A DNA stretch of 64,000 nucleotides from Nitrospinota bacterium (GTDB lineage Bacteria > UBA8248): contig JASLZZ010000034.1 in assembly GCA_030754595.1 (NCBI GenBank), forward strand, positions 1 to 64,000, in the 5' to 3' direction. Numbering within the stretch: position 1 is the stretch's first letter; every line of letters starts with the position of its first letter. The translations under genes and the position numbers were made by a program. This document shows, one piece after another, positions 1-8,701 of this stretch. The notes under the pieces were generated by a model, which did no database searches, was not told where the DNA came from, and was given only the letters and a program-made list of their open reading frames with translations.

Positions 1-167
1 ACTATCTGGCTCAAACACTCAAGCGGATCGCCTCCATCACTCAAAAGCGCATGCCGGGCATCAAGGTCGAAAAATCCTGGCTGTGAGGTCATCATCTATC
101 CTCCGGGGCGGGAGGATTCTCTTGGATCACATCAGAGATGAAATAGGAGAGGTTTTTAGAGGTGCCC
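1..167 (-). mobile_element. IS5-family element, left end and 5' part of transposase (partial, runs off window)
   Basis: Matches 26721..26887 except at 3 positions (89, 121, 148); ends in the same terminal IR ggtttttagaggtgccc. Confidence 0.92.
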
Positions 168-298
168 TTACGCCACATTCATATAATTGGGAACGCAAAA
201 ATACTACTACATTCCGGAGTTTTTAAGTACTCCATCGGGTATAGGATTTCAAGTCGGGCAAGAGGACCCGAACCCCTGCCCGCCGCCTCTCAGGCCCC

Positions 299-1540
299 CT
301 ACAGGGCCGCCGCGCGGAGCATGACCTCGTCGAGGAGCGCACGGTGGGCTCCGCAGCCGACCACCCGCTTCCTCGTTTCCTGAAGGCGGGCGAGGTGGCC
401 CTCCTCCGAGTAGGAGGAGGGCCCCGATTTCGAGTAGGAGGAGGGGCCGCCCGCGTAGCGGTCCCGCATCAAACCGATGCGCCCGAAGGATTCCTCTTCC
501 TCGCGGGCCGTGATTTCCTCCTCGCGAATCGCCCGTGAAATTCCCTCGTGCGCCCGTTCCTGGGCCTCCTCGGAGCGGCAGATGAGGGCGATGTCCGCCC
601 CCGCCCGCAAACCGGCCGCCGCCGCCGCCGCCGGGTCCTCGATCGCCCCCATTTCCAGATCGTCGGTGACGACCACCCCGCCGAAGCAGAGCTCGCCTCG
701 AAGTAGCTCTTTTATCAAACGCGGAGAGAGGCTCGCGGGCCGTTCCGGGTCGATGCGCTCGAACACCGCATGGGCCACCATCACGCTAGCCGCCCCACCG
801 GGGATGGTTGCCCCACCGGGGATGGTTGCCCCGCCGGGGATAGTTGCCCCATCGGGGATGGTTGCCCCACCGGGGATGGCTGCCCCGCTGGAGACGGCCG
901 CGCGGAAGGGAACAAGCTCTCTGCCGCGCAGGTCATCGAGCGAGAGCCCGCTCGAGGGAAGCGTCTCGTGCGGATCGGGGGCCATGTCGCCGATTCCGGG
1001 AAAGTGCTTGGCCGCCGCGGCCACCCCGCCCGCCTGAAGGCCGGCAATCACCGCGGCGCCCATCGTAGCGACGGCTCCCGCCTCCTCCCCGTAGGCGCGG
1101 TTTCCGATAACCGTACAGGCCGGGTTCGTCAAAATATCGAGCACCGGCGCGAAATTCCAGTTGACCCCCACGGCGCGAAGCTCGGCCGCCGCCGCGCCCG
1201 CGCACCTGCGGGCGAGATCGGGATCGCCGATTCGCCCTATAACACGCGCGGCGGGGAAGAGAGTGAAATCTGGGGAAACGCGGCTCACCCGGCCGCCCTC
1301 CTGATCGATGCCGATCAGCAGGGGCGCCCTGCGGAGAGATTCCGCAGCCGCGCACTGAAGAGAGTGAGTGAGTTCGAGGGCCTGCCCGGCGCTCTCGATG
1401 TTCCGCGAGAAGAGGATCACGCCTCCGGCCCGGCCCGCCCGGATTCGCTCGAGCAGATTGGGCGGGGCGGCCGCACCCTCGAAACCGGCCATGATGTGGG
1501 CGCCGGCCTTGATCTCGGGCGGCCAGTCTCTATAGGGCAC
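299..1540 (-). CDS. nagZ: Beta-N-acetylhexosaminidase, GH3 (NagZ-like), with internal repeat expansion
   Basis: Motifs GGVILFSRN, IDQEGGRVSR, NFAPVLD, KHFPG, VTDDLEMGAI. The canonical KHFPGHG...D(S/T)H reads KHFPGIGDMAPDPH here. Confidence 0.85.
   Translation of the reverse strand: MPYRDWPPEIKAGAHIMAGFEGAAAPPNLLERIRAGRAGGVILFSRNIESAGQALELTHSLQCAAAESLRRAPLLIGIDQEGGRVSRVSPDFTLFPAARVIGRIGDPDLARRCAGAAAAELRAVGVNWNFAPVLDILTNPACTVIGNRAYGEEAGAVATMGAAVIAGLQAGGVAAAAKHFPGIGDMAPDPHETLPSSGLSLDDLRGRELVPFRAAVSSGAAIPGGATIPDGATIPGGATIPGGATIPGGAASVMVAHAVFERIDPERPASLSPRLIKELLRGELCFGGVVVTDDLEMGAIEDPAAAAAAGLRAGADIALICRSEEAQERAHEGISRAIREEEITAREEEESFGRIGLMRDRYAGGPSSYSKSGPSSYSEEGHLARLQETRKRVVGCGAHRALLDEVMLRAAAL
792..886. 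repeat. 18-bp tandem repeat, about 5.3 copies (gccccaccggggatggtt), encoding GATIPG repeats in nagZ
   Basis: Units start at 792, 810, 828, 846 and 864. Confidence 0.95.
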
Positions 1541-1561
1541 GGTGGCCGGCTCCCGGTGCGG

Positions 1562-2248
1562 CTAGCGCAGCCGCTTGATGGTGAAGTTCTCGGCCATCGG
1601 GAGCCCGACGACGGCCCCGGCCTCCTCCGCGCGGATGCGCACCCGTCTTTCCGTATCGCGCGGGTTGTGAATCTGGCTCTTGTGGGCGTTGATGGATTTA
1701 ATCTTTTTTCCGATGGTCTCCGAGATATCGACGAAAAAATTCGGCTCGTTCGAGCGCGTGTAGATCAGCGTGTTCGTGTGGTGGGCCTCGATGCCCGCGT
1801 AGGTCAGCTCGGGCAGGAAGTGATGATCGCGCGCGTAGATGACCCCCTTGAAGGCGGCGTGGCCCACGGCCTGATGGTCGGGGTGTGAGTAATGACCCAG
1901 CCAGGGGTCGTGCATGACAACGGTGTCGGGCTTGAGGTGGCGAATGAGGAAAGCGATCTGGTTCCTGAAGGCCCGCGTGTCCTCGAGCTCGCCGTCGCGG
2001 TGCCGGAGGAAAATCGTATCCTTCACGCCCAGCACTTTCGAGGCCGCGAGCTGTTCCCTCTCGCGGGTCTCGGTGAGCTTGTAGGGGGGGATGTCTTTCT
2101 TCGTTCCCTTGTCGCCGTTAGTGCATATGACGGTGTGGACGGCGCCGCCGTCCTCGGTCCACTTGGCGATGCTTCCGCCCACCCCGAGTTCGGCGTCGTC
2201 GTGGTGGGCGACCACCACCATGATGTTTTTGAACTCCGATCGAATCAA
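1562..2248 (-). CDS. PIG-L/LmbE-family N-acetylglucosaminyl deacetylase (MshB/BshB-like)
   Basis: VVAHHDDAE, TNGDKG, REREQLAAS and HPDH motifs. Confidence 0.88.
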   Translation of the reverse strand: MIRSEFKNIMVVVAHHDDAELGVGGSIAKWTEDGGAVHTVICTNGDKGTKKDIPPYKLTETREREQLAASKVLGVKDTIFLRHRDGELEDTRAFRNQIAFLIRHLKPDTVVMHDPWLGHYSHPDHQAVGHAAFKGVIYARDHHFLPELTYAGIEAHHTNTLIYTRSNEPNFFVDISETIGKKIKSINAHKSQIHNPRDTERRVRIRAEEAGAVVGLPMAENFTIKRLR

Positions 2249-2272
2249 GATTTTCTCCTAAAGAAAAATTTT

Positions 2273-3649
2273 TCAGCCCGAAACCGGCGAAACGCGCCGG
2301 GGACTGTCCTTTTTATCCGGCTCCCCGGCCCTTAGCCGAAGAAGTTTTCTCCAAACCTCGGTTTCCCTCTTGGCGGCGGAGCGCCACGAGAAGTCCCGCG
2401 CCCGCTCCCGCGCCCGTGCGGCCAGCCGCGCCCTTGTCTCGGGTGAGGTGATGATATTCAGAGCCGCCCCGGCGAAGGCCATGATATCACCCTCGGGGAC
2501 GAGGTGGCCGCTTCCCCCCGTCTCGATGGCGCCCGAGAGCCCCCCAACGTCGAAGGCCACGGCGGGCAGCCCGCAGGCCGCCGCCTCGAGCGCGACGAGC
2601 CCGAAGGTTTCGTAGCGCGAGGGTATCGCCAGCACGTCGGCCGCCGAGTAGTAGGCGCGAAGCTCCTCCTGGCTCCTGGCGCCGTGGAAGCGAAAGCTTC
2701 CGGCGAGGTTCGCCTCTCCCGCCAATCCGAGGATTCGGGCTACCTCCCCCCGCTGAGCGGGAGAATTGAAATCGCCTGGAACGAGACCATTAGCCGTTTG
2801 CCCGCTCCCCGCTTGAGGCTCTCTTCCCGCCTCCCCTCCGGCGTGAATGACGCTCACCGAAATATCCGGCCGCATCTCCCGGATGGCCTCGAGCGCCCGG
2901 ACCAGCCGGTCAAGGCCCTTGATCGGCTCAATCCGGCCCACGCTGAGGATGACCCGTTCCCTCTCGCCCAGACCGAGCATTTTCTTTGCCCGGGCGCGGG
3001 GAAGGGGGGAGAAACGCTCCGAATCGACGCCGCAAGGGATAACGTCAATTTTCCCTCTTTCCGAGCCGAGCATCCCGGCCAGGTCGTCCGCCTCGGCTTC
3101 CGATGAGGCGACGAGCGCGTCCGCCCGCCGGGCGATCCCCTCCTCGGCGATCATCCGCCCGCCGCTTTCTTTTCCGCCGTCTCCGGGAAGAGAGCCGTTT
3201 TTCCGGGCCGCGATAGTGTGGAACCTGTGCACCAGAGGGACCCCCCAGGCGCCGGCAAGCTCCTGCCCGGCGAGGGCGGATAGCCAGTAGTGAGAGGAGA
3301 TGAGTCCGTATCTTTCGCCTTGCTCATCGGCGAATCGGCGGATGCCCGAGGCGAACTCCCCGGTGAAGGGGGTTTGATGGTTCTTGTCGAGCGGCTTGCG
3401 CGGCCCGGCCGGTATCCGGATTAGGCGCGCCCCCGGCGAAAGCTCGGCGATTTCGGGCGATTCGTCGCCAGGCCGCGGGCCGCCGGTGGCGCGTGTGAAC
3501 ACATCGGCCCGGACCCCCAGCGAGGGTAGGGCCCTGGCGATCTCCCGGACATAGACGTTCATCCCCCCGGTGACATCCCCGCCCAGCGGTCCCGCCGGGT
3601 CGGTGTGCATCGACAATAGCGCGGCGCTGAGCCAGTAGCGCTCGGTCAT
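2273..3649 (-). CDS. GT4 glycosyltransferase, MshA-like
   Basis: SMHTDPAGPLGGDVTGGMNVYV, SHYWLS, VGRIEPIKG and ETFGLVALEA closely resemble the mycothiol MshA signature. Confidence 0.85.
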   Translation of the reverse strand: MTERYWLSAALLSMHTDPAGPLGGDVTGGMNVYVREIARALPSLGVRADVFTRATGGPRPGDESPEIAELSPGARLIRIPAGPRKPLDKNHQTPFTGEFASGIRRFADEQGERYGLISSHYWLSALAGQELAGAWGVPLVHRFHTIAARKNGSLPGDGGKESGGRMIAEEGIARRADALVASSEAEADDLAGMLGSERGKIDVIPCGVDSERFSPLPRARAKKMLGLGERERVILSVGRIEPIKGLDRLVRALEAIREMRPDISVSVIHAGGEAGREPQAGSGQTANGLVPGDFNSPAQRGEVARILGLAGEANLAGSFRFHGARSQEELRAYYSAADVLAIPSRYETFGLVALEAAACGLPAVAFDVGGLSGAIETGGSGHLVPEGDIMAFAGAALNIITSPETRARLAARARERARDFSWRSAAKRETEVWRKLLRLRAGEPDKKDSPRRVSPVSG

Positions 3650-4770
3650 GCGCCCTCCCGCGTCATGCGCCCTGGCCGCGCCAGCCGCTCTGGCCGCTCC
3701 AGCCGGATCAGGCGGATGCCCTCGTCCCTGGCCGCGTAGCGGTATTTGTAGGGTTCATCCCCGCGCAGCAAGTCGAACGAGGCGCGGCCGGCCTGAATGG
3801 CCTGCTCGATGTTCTGGCCAAGAAGGACGAGGCCCGCGCTGAGTTCGCGCTCCCCCGGGTCGAAGCCCGAGTTGTAGAGATAGATTCGGTCCCCGTAGTC
3901 AAGCGAGAAATTCGCGGCAACGGGATGCCCGTCCACGCGCATGAAACTGAGGTCGAGCCATCCGAGGGCGAGCATTTCCTTCGCCATCTCCCTGAAAAAA
4001 GCGCTGCGCGAGGGGTTCCAGAATTCCGCCTTCTCGGGCTGGCTGAGTTCGTGGAGTCGGACGAAATCATCGAGGTCGGCTTCGAGTTCTTTTTCCGAGA
4101 GGGTGCGCCCGAACTCCAGCCCCGGCTCCATGTTCGCCTTGCGGATTTTCCGGCGGAGTTCGCGCTCATCACGCTGGCCAAGCATCCCGGTGTAATCATC
4201 CCAGGAGCCGGGAAGGGGGATCACCGGGCAGACGTTTTCGGCCTCGATGGTGGCGCCACCACCATGGGTGCCGCCGCCGGCCGCGCCGCCGGCCGCTTCG
4301 AAAAAGGCCACTGTCGGCGAAGCGCCGGGGACGCTGTGCAGGGCCAGCTCTTTCCACGCGGGGGCGTCCGGGCTGTTCAGGTATCCGAGCAGCGCCCGCC
4401 AGGCGTCCTCGTGGGCGCCGTCCCGCGCGACGATATCGAGATAGTCGGTGAGGTCCTCGCCGCCGACGAAGCGCATCAGCCCGTCCTCCCGAAGGGTGAG
4501 GGGGGCGATGGCGATCAGGGGCCCGCCCTCCGGGCCCACCGTGCAAATGTGGAGCTCGCCCGAGCCGAGATGCTTCCACCAGGTGGAGTGCCAGACGGGA
4601 TCGTAGAATGGGTGCGAATGAGAGCTGGCCTCCATGAGCGCGCGCCACTCCGGGGCCAGCCGGTCAATATCGCCGGGTGTGGCATAGACGCAGACTTGTA
4701 GGGGCTCCTTCCCCTCCGGCGAGGAAGTCACGACGTAACACGAAGAAGGCGCGGAGCACGAAGAGGTCAT
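3646..4770 (-). CDS. GNAT-family acyltransferase (CelD/BcsL, Acetyltransf_6 type)
   Basis: TDYLD, YLYNSGFDP and FDLLRGDEPYKYR; ATG at 4770 preceded by GGAGAG; stop overlaps the next start. Confidence 0.8.
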   Translation of the reverse strand: MTSSCSAPSSCYVVTSSPEGKEPLQVCVYATPGDIDRLAPEWRALMEASSHSHPFYDPVWHSTWWKHLGSGELHICTVGPEGGPLIAIAPLTLREDGLMRFVGGEDLTDYLDIVARDGAHEDAWRALLGYLNSPDAPAWKELALHSVPGASPTVAFFEAAGGAAGGGTHGGGATIEAENVCPVIPLPGSWDDYTGMLGQRDERELRRKIRKANMEPGLEFGRTLSEKELEADLDDFVRLHELSQPEKAEFWNPSRSAFFREMAKEMLALGWLDLSFMRVDGHPVAANFSLDYGDRIYLYNSGFDPGERELSAGLVLLGQNIEQAIQAGRASFDLLRGDEPYKYRYAARDEGIRLIRLERPERLARPGRMTREGA

Positions 4771-4867
4771 TAGCTCTCCATCAAACCTGTTGCGGGCGGC
4801 GGAAATCCACAGCCCGGAGAAACCCACAGATACTAAGTTGACGTATTTCGGGCGTCAAATCCGCGGG

Positions 4868-5452
4868 CTAAAGAGGGACGAACACCGCCGATTCGTGGCC
4901 GTCGAGGGGGGGCTGCAGCCGGGGGGTGCCGAATCCCAGTACCGTGGTCATGAGAAGTTTCTGGAAAAGGGTGAAGCCCGCCTTCGTCACCCCCCGGATC
5001 GAAGGCATATTTCTGGCCTCGACGAAAATGATCGAGCGCACCAAGTCGAGTTTCCCGCCGAATTCCAGCGCTCGCTGGAGGACGGAGGGGTAGAGGTTCT
5101 GCCCCCGAAAGGGCTCGATCGTGAACGCGTCGTAGAGATATATGTCCGTCGGCGCGATGTCGACGGCCATCATGATTTCATCGACGTCGACCTTGCCCCG
5201 CGAGCCCCAGACGTAGCTGACCACATGGCCTTCGTGTTTCGCGACGAAGCAAACCTCGTCCCGGCCGAACCGGATTTTCGTCAGGCGCTCGCCCTGCACT
5301 TCCTCGATCAGTTTCCGGTTCGGCGAGTCGCCGTTCAGAGTTTCGAAGCTGGTCTCGATGCGGGCCTCGTTTCGCAAAATTTCGACCGGATAGACGAAGT
5401 CGTATAGACCGAGCTCAATCGGGTTGTAGATAAAAGAGGGCCATCCGCTCAA
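4868..5452 (-). CDS. GNAT-family N-acetyltransferase
   Basis: YLYDAFTIEPFRGQNLY (acetyl-CoA motif A) and NMPSIRGVTKAGF; overlaps the upstream stop. Confidence 0.75.
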   Translation of the reverse strand: MSGWPSFIYNPIELGLYDFVYPVEILRNEARIETSFETLNGDSPNRKLIEEVQGERLTKIRFGRDEVCFVAKHEGHVVSYVWGSRGKVDVDEIMMAVDIAPTDIYLYDAFTIEPFRGQNLYPSVLQRALEFGGKLDLVRSIIFVEARNMPSIRGVTKAGFTLFQKLLMTTVLGFGTPRLQPPLDGHESAVFVPL

Positions 5453-6558
5453 TGAACCGTCTCCTTTTCCATTTCCTCAAGAGCGCAGATATAGGGTTCG
5501 AGCAGCGCCGCGAATTCGCTCCACTCCGGGAGGGCTGCGAGATGGCGGCGGACGTGGGCCGCCGTGAGTGAGATATGGCGAAGGTAGCGCGGGTTTCCGC
5601 GCTCGGTTTTCTGATAGGCGAAGGTCCCGATGGCTTTGAGGTTTCGCTGAAGCCCAGTGAGACAAAGCGCGCGGCCGAACGCCGCGGGGTCCGGGAACAA
5701 GTCCTCCGCGCCCGATTCGGCCCTGAATTGCGCCACGAGCGCCATTCGCCCCTCCTCTGGGAGAGGGACATAGCTGTCGAAGACCAGGGAGGCGAGATCG
5801 TAGGTCAGAGGGCCGAGGCGGGCGTCCTGAAAATCGAGGACGAGCAGCCCCGCCGGATCCGCGAGCCCCGCCGGCTCCCCGGTTGAATATTCTCCCCGCG
5901 CCATGAGGTTCCGGCTGTGATAGTCGCGGTGGGTGAGGGCGTAGGGCAGCGTGCAAAGCTCGCCGGCCAGCGCGGCGAAGGGGGGGCCAAACTCAGCCTC
6001 GGGGGCGGGGAGGCCGCATAGCCTCTCGAAGGCGCAGCGGCGGGTCATGTGGAGTTCGCGCATGAAAAGCGCCTCGTCAAATCCGTAGCTGAGCGCCAGC
6101 CGATCCTGTTGCTCCGGTCCTGCGTTCTCTACGGGCGCCCTCCGGAGGGCGGCGAGCAGGCGGATAGCCTCCTCGTAAAAGGGCCGAGCCGCCTCCCATC
6201 CGCCCGCGTTCCACACCTCCTCGAGCGTCCGGTCTCCGGCGTCCTCGAGGAGCAATAAACCGCCCCCGGGGTCGGCCGCGTATATCTCGGGAACGGGGAG
6301 GCCGATCACCCGGAAGTGGGCCTGAACGTTGATGAAGGGAAGCTCTTTTTTATCGAACGGGGAGGCGAGAATCATGCCGACCGAGGACGTGGCCGTCCCG
6401 CCAAGGATGGCTGCCCCGCCGGGGTGGCGGAGGCGGACATAAGAGCGTTCCGAGGCGTCCCCCGCGAGCGGGTCGGCCCCGGCCACCTCGGCCCCGAAAT
6501 AATTTACTGCCATCTCTTTCAGGCGCGTTAGCGCCTCGCGCGGAATTTCCCCGGTCAT
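5449..6558 (-). CDS. APH-fold phosphotransferase, AmgK-like anomeric MurNAc/GlcNAc kinase
   Basis: LAGDASERSYVR, HRDYHSRNLM, LDFQDARLGP, YDLASL and QRNLKAIGTF. Confidence 0.82.
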   Translation of the reverse strand: MTGEIPREALTRLKEMAVNYFGAEVAGADPLAGDASERSYVRLRHPGGAAILGGTATSSVGMILASPFDKKELPFINVQAHFRVIGLPVPEIYAADPGGGLLLLEDAGDRTLEEVWNAGGWEAARPFYEEAIRLLAALRRAPVENAGPEQQDRLALSYGFDEALFMRELHMTRRCAFERLCGLPAPEAEFGPPFAALAGELCTLPYALTHRDYHSRNLMARGEYSTGEPAGLADPAGLLVLDFQDARLGPLTYDLASLVFDSYVPLPEEGRMALVAQFRAESGAEDLFPDPAAFGRALCLTGLQRNLKAIGTFAYQKTERGNPRYLRHISLTAAHVRRHLAALPEWSEFAALLEPYICALEEMEKETVH

Positions 6559-7394
6559 GCGGGCCTCCCCGGCAGTGGGGCGCTCCGGTCCAGCTCGTCG
6601 AGAATATCGGCGTAGGCGGCGCCCTCGGGGCGGCGAAGCTCGAAGGTAAGCGGCCCCTCGTAGGCGGCCTCCTCGAGCGCCCGCCAGAGGGCGGCGAAGG
6701 GGATACCGCCCGCCCCCGGAATCAGATGCCCGTCGCTCTCTCCGTCGTTGTCGTGCAGATGGGTGGCGGCGGCGAGCGGCGCGAGCCGCCCGAAGGCCTC
6801 CCCGGCGCCCTCCCCCTCGGTGAGGAAGGCGTGGCCGGCGTCGATGCAGGCCCGCACTCGGGGGTGATCGATCCGCTCGATGAGGGTTTTAATCTGATCG
6901 GCCCCCCCGAGCGGGGCCGGGATGTTTTCGATGGCGAGCGTCATATCCAGATGCTCGGCGACGGGGATAAGCCGTTCGATGCTCTGGCGAAAGCCGTCGG
7001 GGTGGTCCGTGGCGCCGGCCGCCCCGGGGGCCGAGGGGTGGAGGATGGCGATCCGCGCGCCGAGGCCGCCCATGGCGACCAGCGAGGCAAGAGTCTGATT
7101 TATGGCTTCGAGGCGCCGCTCGGGGTCCATGTCGGCGAGGGAGAGCCACCTCCCGGCGCGGGCCTGGTCCAGGCTGGCGTAAAACGGAGCGTGGAAGCTC
7201 GCCGGCTCAAGAGAGAGCTCCTTCAACCAGCCTTCCAGCCGCGACACCGTTCCGGGGTCGGCGCAGGGGAGATTCGGAATCATGGCCCAGAGCTCGACCC
7301 GAGCGTATCCGGCCTCGGACACCGCCCGAAGGTGGTCGAAAGTCAGTGGTTCGTAAGCGAAAAGGTGGGCCGACACACTCGGAAATGGGGGCAA
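6555..7394 (-). CDS. Sugar phosphate isomerase/epimerase (xylose-isomerase-like TIM barrel)
   Basis: LAIEN, CIDAGH, HLHDNDGESDGHLIPGAG and LTFE metal motifs. Confidence 0.82.
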   Translation of the reverse strand: MPPFPSVSAHLFAYEPLTFDHLRAVSEAGYARVELWAMIPNLPCADPGTVSRLEGWLKELSLEPASFHAPFYASLDQARAGRWLSLADMDPERRLEAINQTLASLVAMGGLGARIAILHPSAPGAAGATDHPDGFRQSIERLIPVAEHLDMTLAIENIPAPLGGADQIKTLIERIDHPRVRACIDAGHAFLTEGEGAGEAFGRLAPLAAATHLHDNDGESDGHLIPGAGGIPFAALWRALEEAAYEGPLTFELRRPEGAAYADILDELDRSAPLPGRPA

Positions 7395-7635
7395 GAAATA
7401 TCCTTTGTCGTTGATGGGGCGGAAAAAACCCCCTTTAGCCCATTATACGGCCCCGCCACTAGCGGGAACAACGGGTCCCCGGCAACGCGAAAAAATGAGC
7501 GCTCCCGGCCTTTGGGGTATACATTGGAATCAGCCTTCCCGACCACAGCGGCTTGTATCTCAGGCCAGTTTCTAAAAGGGACGATGTCGCCCCCAACGGA
7601 GCGTGAGCGTATTCCGCGGAAAATCCCGGGATATG

Positions 7636-7681
7636 TTGACACTTGGGAGCTTTTCATAGTATTGGTCAGACCACCAGACCA
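7636..7681 (+). promoter_or_regulatory. Sigma70-like promoter with FadR/PdhR-type operator
   Basis: TTGACA at 7636-7641, -10-like tagtat near 7657, palindrome TGGTC-a-GACCA at 7663-7673, upstream of a FadR-family gene. Confidence 0.6.
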
Positions 7682-7776
7682 GAAGCGGCCCGTTTTGAAG
7701 TTGATTTTTAGCTAAGGCCGCCGGGGATTTCGCCCGGCCTGCCGCCGGGATATGAGCCCGGCCCGGAGGTGAATTC

Positions 7777-8595
7777 TTGCTCCGCCCAATCAAAAAAACG
7801 CGCCTCTACGAAGGCGTCGTCTCCCAAATCGAACACTTGATCCGGACGAAGAAACTCTCTCCGGGCGACCGGCTTCCCTCCGAGCGCGAACTCGCCACCA
7901 CCCTCGGCATCGGGCGCGCCTCGGTCCGCGAGGCGCTCCGCACCCTCGACAGCACAGGTCTCATCGATGTGCGGAGCGGCCAAGGGGCCTTCCTCCGAAA
8001 CCTCAGCGTCGATCCCTACCTCGCCTCAATCCGCGAGAGCCTCTCGTTCCTGCTCGATGTCCGCGAGGAGACCCTGCTCGAGCTCTGGGAGGTGCGCCAG
8101 GGCCTCGAGGAGCAGATCGCCTCCCACGCCGCCGGCCGGCGCAGTGCATCGGATGTCGAGTCGCTTCGCGCCCTGACCGGGGAGATGAGAGGCGGCAAGG
8201 CCTCGCCGGAGGTGTTCGTCCGCGCGGGAATCGCCTTTCACCGCAAGCTCGCAGAGGCGGCGGGGAACACCGTCATCCTCACCCTTTGGGAGGCCATCGC
8301 CGGCCTCATCGAAAAGAGCCAGCGGCGCATCATCGGCATCCCCGGCCAGCCCGACGAGGCTCTCGCCAAGCACGAGGCGCTCCTCGCCGCCGTCGAGGCG
8401 GGCGATTCTAACCGCGCGCTCGGGGCGATGCGCGAGCACATGGAAAAAGAGGGAGACCATCTTCGGGAGGCGCTGGTGGCCGCGGGGTATCCGGCCCGCC
8501 CGGCGGCGGCTCCCGTTTCGACAGGAGAAGTGAGTGCCGATAAAGGCGTTCGGAAGATAAAAAAAGGAGAGGGGAAAACAAAAAAAACGGCTTAG
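7777..8595 (+). CDS. FadR/GntR-family transcriptional regulator (FCD domain)
   Basis: PGDRLPSERELATTLGIGRASVREAL helix-turn-helix; FHRKLAEAAGN and MREH in the FCD domain. Confidence 0.93.
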   Translation: MLRPIKKTRLYEGVVSQIEHLIRTKKLSPGDRLPSERELATTLGIGRASVREALRTLDSTGLIDVRSGQGAFLRNLSVDPYLASIRESLSFLLDVREETLLELWEVRQGLEEQIASHAAGRRSASDVESLRALTGEMRGGKASPEVFVRAGIAFHRKLAEAAGNTVILTLWEAIAGLIEKSQRRIIGIPGQPDEALAKHEALLAAVEAGDSNRALGAMREHMEKEGDHLREALVAAGYPARPAAAPVSTGEVSADKGVRKIKKGEGKTKKTA

Positions 8596-8701
8596 ATCCG
8601 AGAGTCATTTCGTTTAATTTCACGAGGCGCGGGCTGGGGCCTTCGCTTCGCACGAAGCGAAATAACTGTTTCAGCCACTTCTATTTAAGGAGGAGTTCAC
8701 T

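Noticed and set aside
168..298. AT-rich stretch next to the IS end as a possible small gene
   Set aside because: No recognisable motif or credible start; treated as intergenic or remnant DNA.
792..886. Possible CRISPR array (also 61479-61543)
   Set aside because: Head-to-tail 18- and 12-bp units with no spacers and no cas genes.
2273..3649. Assigning mshA/mshB/mshD symbols
   Set aside because: Family resemblance is strong, but mshC and ino1 are not seen, so the product is unproven.
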